Shown here: positions 1 to 11,420 of the stretch, piece by piece
Numbering within the stretch: position 1 is the first letter of the stretch
Layout: the number at the start of each line of letters is the position of its first letter
Assembly (NCBI GenBank): GCA_965113315.1
Contig: OZ220365.1
Length of the DNA: 64,000 nucleotides
Origin: Podarcis vaucheri
Lineage: Eukaryota
Direction: 5' to 3' (one strand)
Position numbers and translations under genes: made by a program
Notes under the pieces: generated by a model
What the model saw: the letters and a program-made list of their open reading frames with translations, nothing else
Told to the model about the DNA's origin: nothing
The model's database searches: none

Positions 1-1467
1 CCAAGTCTTAAAAAAGAAATTGTATCTGACGATGGGCCTCAAAGAGGCTAATAGCTTCCCTCATTAGGTTTTGTGTAAATTTTACCCTGTCAGGAGCTTG
101 AGGGCTATAAAAGCAGTCATCACACGACTAAAAGCATTTTTCCCCTTCTTTCCAAGCAAAATGAAAAGGGGGGGTTGGAATAGGAGATACAGGCATGATA
201 ACTGAGGGGAAAGAGTTTATTATTGAAAGAAAAGAAAATCCACAAAAGGCCATTAAATAATATAGGAAACAGTGGGGCTCAAAATGTGACCAACACCTGA
301 TTCAAATGGTCTTGGAAAGGCTTCAGTGACTAAGGAATATGTCATCTGCCTTTGAGTCATCTTGGGACACAGTGAAGAAAAAAGAAAAAAGAACTTGAAC
401 AAAAACAAATGTCAGCTTCAAAGTCTATGAACAGAAATGTTGGCTTAGAGGCAGGGTTATTGCTTTAAGGTTTCCAAATTTGGAAAGTAAGGAAGTAAGC
501 AAAGATTCCTTCTTTGATGCTACTATGTGACAGACCCCCAGATATTGATCCGGTGTTTATACCCACTTCCCTCCTCCTTTGCAACCCTGTCATGCTCTCT
601 CTTTGATCATTCTTGGCATCTGGGGGAAAGTCCCTTTAGGTCCTTCTTTTTATCCCTAAAAAGCTTCTGAGGATTTTTTTTTGGGGGGGGGACTACTGAG
701 CCTCTAAGTGCTTTTATGAAACCCCCACTCTCCAACACCGAATTGGAAGTTCACTGAGTGCCTTGTTTCTTTAACTATTAAGTTGAAGGTGTCAATACAG
801 ACCTCCAGCATTAAGGCCTTATTCTTGTGTGACTTTTCATTGTGGCAAAACTACTCTGTGGTGAGAGGCAGCTTTAGGGTAGTGCAACTGGTTTAGCCAC
901 ACTGGGTGCTGGCGTCACAAAGGACATCACAATAACGATGTAGAACAAAGCACGGGAGGCAGAGGGTACCAATTTTAGTGTCACACAAGGTGCCACTGAT
1001 ATGTGAGAGCCCAAAGTCCTCCACTACTTTTTCCATGCCAGTTTTGCACAGTGAATATTTTGTTTGTATGCATGCTCAAGTAAGGAGATATGGCATTTAT
1101 AAACATGGGGCAAAAAGTTAGTTTTCAACAGTTTGCTGTGATTTATGAGCACTAGACTTCACTATGTGAGGGTGTGTGTGCCAATTGTTTATCAGCTGCT
1201 GAGGTGGTGTAGCAGTAAGCATGTTATGATTCTGTAGGGAATGAGTGAATGGAAAGTAGTCTTAATAAAGTGCCACAATGGGGTTAGAAAGTCATATAGT
1301 CATGTATTTTTTGCCTGTATTTATAAATAGTCACTCTTATTATATCACCATGGATGCACCACTTTTAATATTTGACATGGTTATAACTCCATTTCATGAT
1401 ATGGAAGTAAATTTATCAGAACAAGTCAATCCAGAAGAATTGCAGGGACCTATCGATTTGTGGTGAC

Positions 1468-1602
1468 CAGTGCTTTTTTTCTAGAAAAATAGGTGCCAGT
1501 ACTCACCATGTAGTTGTTACAGAAAGTGCTACACATTTTAACAACAACAAAAAGAGGTGCCAGTACTGTGTACCCTTGAAAACCCCCTGAAAAAAAGCAC
1601 TG
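1468..1602. mobile_element. hAT-type MITE
   Basis: TIR CAGTGCTTTTTT/AAAAAAGCACTG; 8-bp TSD gtggtgac/gtggcgac. Confidence 0.85.
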
Positions 1603-2559
1603 GTGGCGACACACTCCTCTATGTCAGGCATTACCTTTGGGAACCAGAGGGCACATTTCAAATTTGGGGAGAAGGCTAGGGGTGCCAGTCACAATATGGC
1701 TGTCATGGGGCATACTACAAAATGGCTACCGTGGAGAACGTGGCATAAAACAAAATATAGAGAAACAACCTTATGCTTGCCATAGGAAGTGAGCTATGTC
1801 CTGATTGTGGAGATCACACAACACTGATCTTACACATACACATACACATTTTAATGACAACGCATCATAGTAAATACCAAAGAAGTATCACACAAACATA
1901 CCTGACATATTTGCCTTATACCCAAAGGCTGCAGATATGAGTAACTTTAAGAATGCAATTTGCCTTCCATCCAGGGCCTGGCCAATGGGCATGTGCAGCC
2001 TTCTATGCTGCCTGTTGGTAGAACTCGCATTGTAAGAGCTTTTGTGCTGGGTATTAGTGCGTGAACACTTAAATGGCTGGCTTAGGGGCACCTGGATGAT
2101 CTATTAAGAAGTTTTGTAAGTGAATCACTGCCCTGTCTCACCCTTTCTCTGCTTCATTCTTCATTGTCTGCTAGTACCACTATGCTACATCTGGCAAGGA
2201 AGCCAGTTATTGATGTATGCTGACTCACACTGAGGCATCGTCAAGATATCTTGGGCAGTTCATAATGCCATGCAGTGCCGGCTTACAGCACAGTCATGAT
2301 ACCACACTGGTACAGCAGCCATTATGTGTTTTCCCAACTTGGAAAACTAAGCTGCAGGACACTGTTCTGCTTCTGTAAACCTACAGTAAGTTCCATCTAT
2401 GTTGGGAGAGGAACCCTATAGGTGGTTAGGGTTATATGAGCCCCTGTTTCTTTTGCCATTTTTCAAAACTGGAGATGACAGAGTGACAACTCAGCTGGTG
2501 GACTGCAAGGAAATTAACAGTACATGCATAGTAAATTTATGAAATTTCCTGTCACAAGA

Positions 2560-2870
2560 TTTTTTGGGGAATTTGCTGACACAAGACTTGGTGATGGCTA
2601 CTAATTTAGAGTCCTTTATAAGAAAATTAGACAAACAAATGGAAAACAAGGTTATCGCTGGCTACTGCTTATGATGGCTGTACCTTACTTCTGGGTTCAG
2701 AGGCACTATGTCACCAGTAGCTGGAGAACAAAAGCAGGTGAGGGCTATTGCCCTCATATCCTGCTTTTGGGTTTCCCAGAGATATTTGGCTAGCCACTGT
2801 GGAAAACAGATTCTGGACTAAATAGGCCTTTGGTCTGACCCAGCAAGACTTTTCCTTTGTTCTTAAGAAC
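2560..2870 (+). mobile_element. CR1 LINE 3' remnant
   Basis: Degenerate CR1 3' text (gtgatggctac...ttagacaaa...ctggactaaataggcctttggtctgacccagcaag). Confidence 0.65.
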
Positions 2871-2974
2871 ATGGCACAATAATATTTGAAGCACGCAATT
2901 CATTTTAGCATTCCAAAGTTAAAGAAACTGAAAACCAGATGTAACCCAGCATCAGTCAGCGGTGTCACAATGGA

Positions 2975-3140
2975 GGTAAGTAGTGTACCATAATTAATTG
3001 GGTATACACTGTGGACCTGGAAGACCTAATTTCAAAGGTCTGCACAGCCATAAATGTCTCTGTGTGACATTAAGCCAGTCAAACTCCCTCACCCAAACAT
3101 ACCAAACAAAGTTGTTGTGGGGATGAAAAGAAGATAACCT
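2975..3140 (+). mobile_element. Old MIR/Ther1-related SINE remnant
   Basis: Core-like gtgtgacattaagccagtca...gttgttgtggggatgaaaa. Confidence 0.5.
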
Positions 3141-3399
3141 CACATACTTTGTCTATTTTCGCTTCTACCCTGCCTTTTGTAGAACAGATCACAGGGAAGA
3201 TTACAATACAAATCAATCAAATACAGCTTTTCATAAAATACTACTTTAGTCAACAACAACAAAATCTAAAATTAACACAATATAAACAGCAAGCAAAATC
3301 CTAACCCCATAGCATTTTGATGCCCAGTTTGGTTCACCTTATTAGCCCCCCCCCCAAAAAAAAAGTATGAATGAATTTAAATGTTTTCAACTAATGTCA

Positions 3400-3850
3400 A
3401 AAGGTCACCAATGAGGGGGATGATCGAACTGCCCATCAAACTGGAAAAGGGCCTTACCCCAAATGTATCTTCATCATAGGCAGGCCCACCAACAAGTATC
3501 TGTGTCCCAAGCTGTTTAAGGCTTGATATTCTAATGTTGAAACCTTAAAATTGGGCCCAGTTGCATATAAGCAGCCTGTGCAGGAGTCATATTATTTCCC
3601 AGTACAGCAATGTGACTTCCATAGTCTGCACTGGATGCAGATTCTGGACAGTCTTCGGGTTTACCCTACATAGATTGCATTGCAATAGTCGACACCTGAG
3701 GTTACCAAGGTATGAATGAGAATGGCCAAGCTATCTCAGTCAAAGAAGCAGAAACAGCCAGCTAACTAGCTACAGCTGGGAAAGGCATTCCAAACCACTG
3801 AAGCCGCCTGGGCTTCTGGTGCCCATTTCAAATCCAAGAGTAACCTCCCC
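3400..3850 (-). mobile_element. Degraded L2 LINE fragment
   Basis: Antisense L2 RT-like text (gcattgcaatagtc...gaggttaccaagg...atggccaag). Confidence 0.55.
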
Positions 3851-4700
3851 TCTCAAGCTGAATACCAGTTGATGGAAACCACAAGAGGAGAGCGAGCTCT
3901 TGGGTGCGGGTCCTGTTAGTGGGTTTCCCTTTTGCATCTGGTTGGCCACAGTGTGAGCAGGATGCTCAAATTAGATGGGTTGTTGTCCTGATCTAGCAGG
4001 CTCTTCTTATGTTCTTGCGTTCACGCAAAGTATTTCATTTGATAGAGAGGCTTCATGTTTTTTTATTTACTAGGATTGGGGACATTTTGTTCTAATCCAG
4101 ATGGGTCATGTCCTAATACTTCTGACCCAGAGTTTGAGAACTCGCATTTATGTAAGGTTTGGGAACCACAGTTCCAACTCAAGCTCTCGTTCCTTGTGTC
4201 AGGAAATGGCAACCTCCGATTTCTCAACAATCCGTAACTGCCCTTAAATGACTTTATATTCTTCTGGGACTCCCTGGGAGCCTCTGGAAGTTATCCAGCA
4301 ATCCTGGTCAGCAGAGCAACAGAGTCATGACACATCTGGAAGATGTCTATGTGTGGCTGTGCAAATCTAGTGGTATCTCACTGACTTAAACAATAAAAAG
4401 TAGAGTAAAGAGAAATCTATTACAAATGCAATTATTGACCCCTGGTATTGATCAGCTGAGATGGGGGTGTGTGTATTTGACCCCTAATTCCAAGGGGGTA
4501 TATCTACTCATGATTTAGAGATGATTAAGTCAAAAGGTCCTGTGGTTGTGACACCAGTAAGCATAAGCCCTACAAATGTATTCAGTGATTTAACTGGCTT
4601 TAATATTTACTTCTTATTATCTTTACACTCTACTTTTCCTTCAAGCTGCTCAAGGTGGTGGACATGGTTCTTCCCCTTCCTATTTTATCCTTACAGATGA

Positions 4701-5056
4701 AAAGGCAAAGGTAAAGGACCTCTGGACATTTAAATTCAGTCAAAGGCGACTATGGTGTGCAGCACTCGTTTCACTTTTAGGCCGAGGGAGCCGGTGTTTG
4801 TCCACAGACAGCTTTCTGGGTCATGTGGCCAGCATGACTAAACCACTTCTGGTGCAATGGAACACCGTGATGGAAACCAGAGTGCATGGAAACGCCATTT
4901 ACCTTCCTGCTGCAGCAGTACCTATTTATCTACTTGCACTGGCGTGCTTTTGAACTGTTAGGTTGGCAGGAGCTGAGAGAGAGCAATGGGAGCTCACCCC
5001 ATCGCAGGGATTCAAACTGCTGACCTTCTGATTGGGAAGCCCAAGAGGCTTAGTGT
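4701..5056 (-). mobile_element. Sauria SINE (Squam1)
   Basis: (AAAGGT)n tail at left; body is reverse-complementary to the 27015-27357 copy. Confidence 0.9.
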
Positions 5057-6306
5057 TGAACTCTGGCCTCCCATGTTCTAGCCCAACACTTTACCACACT
5101 GGCTCACAAGTGAGATACAAGGGTGCTATTTTAAAACTCCAAGACTGACACCACATCTTTAAGGACAGACTGTCCCTCCAAACAAACCAATGTCACACTG
5201 TCAGCAAATAATATAACCCAACTTTTCTCTCTCAATGTCAGCAGGAAAATAAGCACTGGTTGGCTACTTGTTGGCAGAGTTTTGATCCAGGAGGGGATCA
5301 TGAGATTATAACCAAAGCACATACCCATTCTGGGCAGGTAAATATCAGACTCACAAATCTCTCTTTTTTCACCAGGAACATATCCAAATTACTCATGCTC
5401 ATTCCTACCACCCCCTTTTTAACAATGGGGTGGGGTAAAGGGGTAGGTTTAAAACCCCAAATTGAAAGATTCCTGATAAAAGAAACTTCTACCATGCATT
5501 GAACACAATTAGCACTACCACCCCACACATAAACAACTAAAACATGGGGGCACAGTAACAATGGGACTTGCCTCATGATTACAGCTGTCACATTGCCATA
5601 GGTGTGTTACCAGCCAGCTTGCAGTTCCCCACTGTGCCTGTGCACACCCCATACATTTAAAGCAGATGACTTCCTCCAAAGAACCCTGGGAACTGTAGTT
5701 TACTCTGCAAGGAGCTACAATGCCTAGCACCTTTAAAAAGCAACACACACCCCAACCTACAAAACCAGGGTTGGAGTGACTGTGTATGTACTGTGTACTG
5801 AAAGCTTCTAGCAGGAGCAGCACACCTTTCTACTGCAGCCAGCACAGCCACTTTGCCAACTGTGGCCCATTTTTCATTTTATAATGAACAAAGTGAAGTC
5901 AGTGAAGTTAGCAAGAGCCAAAACAATGTCTCTGTGCATTGTATTTGCTGTCAGCTCCTTTCTCCTTTCAATGGGCTCATTTTAGAAATTTGGCAAATAG
6001 CAGTAGCCAACAGATCTGGTGAAGTTATGAGAGTGCTGAAATTCAACTGAAAAAATATTATCCTTGCACCTGTCATCCTTCATGCATTAATTTGAAGCCA
6101 GCTCCACCTCTGGATTCTGGCTTATTCCCAAGGCTCAGGCCAGAGGTTTCAGGATTGAGCCTTCAAATGCATGCTCACTCACATCATGCTCCCTTTGCAC
6201 ATCATATGGAATTGCTTTATTGATTTTAAAAATTCATAAGGAGCTTCCCAGAGAGTCAATCTCATTTCCCAAAAAACTCTGGGAATAGTAGCTCTGAACG
6301 GCGAAT

Positions 6307-6551
6307 GGAGCCAGTGTGGTGTAGTGGTTAAGAGTGGTGGACTCGTAATCTGGTGAACTGGGTTCGATTCCCTGCTCCTCCACATGCAGCTGCTGGGTGA
6401 CCTTGGGCCAGTCACACTTCTCTTAGCCCCACTCACCTTACAGAGCGTTTGTTGTGGGGGAGGAAGGGAAAGGAGGATGTTAGCCGCTTTGAGACTCCTT
6501 AGGGTAGTGATAAAGCGGGATATCAAATCCAAACTCCTCTTCTTCTTCTTC
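6307..6551 (+). mobile_element. Squam3-like tRNA-derived SINE, near full length, inserted in an older palindromic repeat
   Basis: A box TGGTGTAGTGG, B box GGTTCGATTCC, MIR-like core, (CTT)n tail. Confidence 0.88.
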
Positions 6552-7849
6552 CTAAAAACTCTCAGCATCCTTAACAACAGTTCCCAGGATTCTTTGGAGG
6601 AAACCATGACTGTTTAAAGTGGTGGGATACTGCTTTAAAAGCATGGAGTGAATGGGATCTAAGACCAATATGGTGCCAGGCTGCTTCCTCCCACACCATG
6701 GCTCAGTTGAAATTCTCCTACCGAGCTCCTGTAATGATGCCAAACACCTTGAGGGCACCGAAAAGTGGGGCAAAAAAAATGCAATAAATAAACATCATCT
6801 AGCATTTCAGCCTCTTGTTATGGAAAATATGGTTGGTACCTAACAATATGTTTCTCTTTGAGGTACTAGCCAGCCCTGTTCAATTAGTCTATTATGAAGC
6901 AGTGCTTCTAGGAAAAGCTGCTGCCTACTTACTGGAAATAAACCCCACTGAGAAAGAAGCCCTGAATAATAACTGCTGTGTTACTCTTTTGCAAATCCAG
7001 ATGCAATTATAGCAGTGCCAGGCAAAACTTTTGGACCAAAGTGCACAAGGGTAATCACACATGCGTGCGCACACACACACACACTCCTTTTCAGCAACTT
7101 ATTTTCCTTCAGCAATGTAAGCTTGCATTGCAAGTCGTCTTAGATTAGCCGTTGAACATCTGTCCATTAAAGCATTAGCCAGCTTCATCAGCCAGCGAGG
7201 ACATTACACTACACACATCTATACAGAAGGAGATTCCAAGAGCTATAAATAACTTACATTCGCCTACTTGATTAAGTTCTGTAATCAGTTATTTCAATAT
7301 AACAACACACCGCTTCCATCCAATTCTTTTCTCCCTTGTCAACAGCTTATATACACACACACGATATCTGCAGCCTTGTAGAATTATAAAAGCAGAAACA
7401 CAGCCTTGAAAATACCTCTTTTGGGGTTGCTAGTGCATGAAGCACTCTGGCCAGCAGCTCACCTCTGCTCTTCACCCCTGTTCCAGCTCAGTTATCCTTT
7501 ATGCCCACTCATTAAGTTGTGTAGGCTTTTCTGGAGCAGATGTAGTGTCCAAACGGCCTTAGATTTTACACAGGCTTTTCAAATAAATAAATAAAAACCT
7601 AGCCAGCTAAGGCAATCCAAGATCATGAAGCATGCCAAAAAAGAAAAGAGAAAAGCACTGCTTTCAGATGCAGAGAGAAAAAGGGAAGGAGGGAGGGGAG
7701 GGCGGAGGGAGCAGGAGATCAGAAGCCCTGCCTGTAAACCAAAAGAAAGGAGATAATAAAACAGAGCTACTTCAGACCTGCTCTTCAGAAGAGTTATTCA
7801 TAGCCTCCCATGTGAAATGTGCACGTCTTCTTTTGTTTCTCAGTCATGC

Positions 7850-8150
7850 TACGGCAAAAAATTAATGGCCAAATTGGTTTTTTTTTCCTTTCCCAAGGAA
7901 TTAACAATGGTGCCTCCACTATTGTTTTCCTTTTAATCTGATTTGTAACATGAATGACAAGATTAATCCAATTTAAAGGGTTATGACGGAACTAAGTGGC
8001 CCCTGCTGCACGAGGGAGACGTGACAAACAGCAGGATCCTGCTTCCATTCTTAACCATCTTTAATGTCATTTTATTATTTCTGGCACTGAAAGTCCTTTT
8101 AATCATGTGCTGCTATTGCATTCCTCTTAATTAAACTGTGTTCTGCTGCT
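7850..8150. promoter_or_regulatory. Candidate developmental enhancer (homeodomain/SOX motif cluster)
   Basis: Repeat-free segment with TAATGG, AACAATG...ATTGTT, TAATCTGATT, GATTAATCC, TAAGTGG, TGACA; motif evidence only. Confidence 0.4.
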
Positions 8151-8309
8151 TTGCTTGTGGCGAGACAACTAATTTTGGATGACCTGCTTCTTGCCCATTG
8201 TAGCCATCTGCAAGGAGACAGGTTCTGTTATTATCGCATTCCAGTTCTGGCTCGTGACCAAGATGGAAACAAGGTTGAACTGAAGTAATTCATCTGAGAA
8301 GCCCGAGAT

Positions 8310-8455
8310 GAGTTTCCACCAATGTGGTGCCCTCCAGATGTTGTTGGGACTCCCAACGCTCTTCTGCCCCAGCCAACATAACCAGCAGTCAAGGATTATG
8401 AGAGCCATAGTTCAAAACATCTGGGCTGGGGAGGATCAGGTTGACAAAGGCTGCC
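8310..8455. mobile_element. Degraded hairpin hAT MITE
   Basis: ccctccagatgttgttggga...aaaacatctgg, same architecture as the 35431 and 56515 copies. Confidence 0.6.
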
Positions 8456-9672
8456 CTTGGTGTTAAATACTATATTATTTTATTTGCAGAAGCAGAAAAT
8501 AATGTTACTTCATTGGGCTGATCTTGCCCTTCTGAGTTGAAAATCCTTAGTCCCCTTCTACATTATTGCAAATGATGTGCACACTTTAAAAAACAACAAC
8601 AACCCCAACAACAAAGCAAACAAACATCCTGACTATTCTTACTGGCTTGCCTCCCTTCCAAAAGTCCTGCTAAGCATCCAACTCTTAAGACCCCAAAGCA
8701 GTTCTGAGTCTCTTCCTCTTGTGTAATTCTCAGTCCTTCCAGAGAGCCAGCAACACGACAAGGGTTGAGAATGACAGTGAGGGTTGTGGACCCTTTTCTC
8801 CAACGAGCCCTTTAGCACAGCCCTCACCCTTTTGAGCCTAATACATATGATAGGACAAAAAGAAACTTTCTAGCAGCACTGCTATGCCACCACAGTTTCA
8901 CTTGGAGGAGGTGTCAGATGAAGGGATTTAAAAATAAACCACACATAGCTCAGAAATCTGTAGAATTTGGATCCAATTGGGCTACTAGTTGTGCACTCAG
9001 GAATGTGGCTGCACTTGCCAAATCAAATCTTTAGGGATTTTGTAATGGTTCACATGCTGTAGAGAAAGAACAAGCAACACTGCCATAATCTTTCCCCCCT
9101 CTTGCACCCAAGACTGGATGAGGACTCAAGATAAGCATACAATCCATGCATCTGTACTTTAGTTTTACACACACACAAATCTCCCAAACATGCTCCCACT
9201 AGCTGTCGGCTTGTGTGTGTGTAGCATTTCAGAGAAACTAAGAACCTATGTTCCAAACCTAAATCCTCTGACTGCTCTTTGATTGCTTCAGAAAAGAAAA
9301 CAGAGCTTACCCTCTCTCTTTTTCCTCCCAGCCAGGGACCAGAAGAGCTGCTGCACCAGCCACTCTTAAGATGCAACCCCCTTGTCTCTGTGTCATTCCT
9401 CCTTTTCCTGCAGTCCTGTAAGTCCACACACTGAGCACTGCTCGCCCTGATTTCCTTTCACTGCCTATGCTGTCCTCCGAGTGGAACTGCTGCCGTTTTC
9501 ACTTTCAGACCAGCCTCCCTCTGCAAGAGCCTGTGACGTCAGGAAGCCTCTACAAGATATTTATGGCTTAAAAGGGCTAAAGTTTCACTAGGTAAAAGCT
9601 TGGATTGCAGCTCCTTGGGAATCTTCGTCTTTTGTGCTTTCATGTGAGCTTTTTCCAAATGCAATATAGCAA

Positions 9673-9844
9673 TACAGAAAGCTGCCTTGTGCAGTCAGTG
9701 CCTTGGACTGTCTAGCTTAGTATTTTCCACACTGACTGGCAGCTGTTCTCCAGGAGCTGTTTTCAGACCAACTGGAGGAACCAGGGATTGAACCTGGGAC
9801 CTTCTGCATGCAGAGCAGATGCTCTGCCACTGAGCCACGCCCCT
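9673..9844 (-). mobile_element. tRNA-Ala-derived SINE (Squam2/Anolis SINE2-like)
   Basis: Minus strand GGGGCGTGGCTCAGTGGCAGAGC...GGTTCAATCCC followed by SINE body ctgccagtcagtgt...aaggcagctt. Confidence 0.85.
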
Positions 9845-10682
9845 TCCCTGGGAGATTGATGTCTTTGTACAGGGAGTGAGGTTGGGGCAACGCAGTAAGC
9901 ATAGGTGTTTCGGACTGCAACAAAAGCCACTTCTTCCAGAGGGTTCATGTAAAGTGCCTCCACCACATGCAACCAATGTTCCTGTTGGGTCTGCTGGTTT
10001 TGGCAAACACCACACCCTGTGCTGCTAGAACACCCCAGAACTGCTCCAAACATCTGATAAGGCTTAAGTAAGAATGAATGTATTGGCCCCTCGTCTTGAA
10101 CTCATCATGCACAGCCAGGCTTCTGCTTCCTCCATGCTTTCTGTTCCTTGGATTAGGATCAGCCCCCTGATAGCACCAATTTGTAACTTAAGCTAATCTA
10201 TATTTCCAAATAGCCATCACTGCACAAGTTATATAGTTTTGAACTGGATGCTTCCTGAGTTTCGGTAACTCAATAAATTGTCTCTGCTTAATAACAGGAA
10301 GGTCTCCAGGTTTTTTGCTGCTTTCGGTACCAGGGGGAAAAAATCCAATAAAAAGCAAACAGTACTAAACTGTACACTTAAAATATAGTTATAAATGTAA
10401 ATACTTATTTTTGGCTGGCTGGTTGCAAACCTGTCTTTGGATACAAAGCAGAACTCTGGCATTTGCGAGATGGAACAACAACTATCCCTGGCCTGAAAGT
10501 GTGCATTTGTGTGTTAATGTGTTGCCAGATTACACATTTGGAATATTCCTACCATGTCTCAAAAGTTTCATGTTTTTAAAAAGAACTTTTGTACTGGAGG
10601 AAGGTAAGAAAAATGTCAAGTGTAATGTGACCCTAAACCCTTACCTCCTAGCAGCGCCATACTTCACCTTAAAAAAGTATAT

Positions 10683-10840
10683 TGAATCACAGAATTGTAG
10701 AGTTGGAAAGGACACCAAGAGTCATTTAGTCCAACCCCCTGAAATGCAGGAATTTCAACTAAAGCATCCATAACAGATGGCCATCCAACCTCTATTTACA
10801 AGCCTCCAAGGAAGGAGAGTCCACCACCGTCTGAGGGAGC
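10683..10840 (-). mobile_element. CR1 LINE 3' end
   Basis: gaatcacagaattgtagagttggaa...tccaaccccc (antisense CR1 tail). Confidence 0.75.
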
Positions 10841-11009
10841 CCAAACAAAAACAATATTGTTCAGACCAACATTTCAACAGAGTACTCTCTGGGGATGTGA
10901 TGACTCTCTATAGATTTAGTATTGCTGCTCTTGTTCATTTGGTCTATGCCTTTATTGTTTGTATGGTTCACTGGTACCTTATTTATTATTGTTGCTTATT
11001 GCCTTGAAG

Positions 11010-11420
11010 GTTAGGAATGCAAGAAGAACCCTGCTGGGCGGCCAATTGCCCATCCAGTCCGTCATCCTGTTCTCACAGTGGCCAACCAGATGCCTATGGG
11101 AAGCCCCCAAGCAGAAGCACACTCTCCCCTCCTTTGGTTTCCAGCAACTGGTATTCAGAAGCATGCTGCCTGACTGTGGTGGCAGAGCATATCCTTTGAG
11201 GCTAGTAGTCCATGACAGCCACACCCTCCATGAATTTGCCTAATTCTCTTTTCAAGCCATCAAAGCTGGTGGCCATCACTGCCTCATTGGGGAGCGAATT
11301 CCATAGTTTAACTATGTCTGTGTGGAAAAATATTCTGAAACCTTCAACATTCAGCTTAACTGGATGTCCACAAGTTCTAGTTTTATATGAGAGGGAGGAA
11401 AACCTTTCTTTAGCCACTAT
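11010..11420 (-). mobile_element. CR1 LINE 3' region
   Basis: Minus-strand ORF 11202-11432 (RTCGHPVKL...FFHTDIVKLWNSLPNEAVMATSFDGLKRELGKFME) matches the CR1 ORF2 C-terminus. Confidence 0.85.

Noticed and set aside
9770-9844. tRNA-Ala(TGC)-like sequence on the minus strand
   Set aside because: It continues directly into a SINE body and the acceptor stem is degenerate, so it is a SINE head. The same applies to the tRNA-like heads at 6307, 27015, 30900 and 47200.
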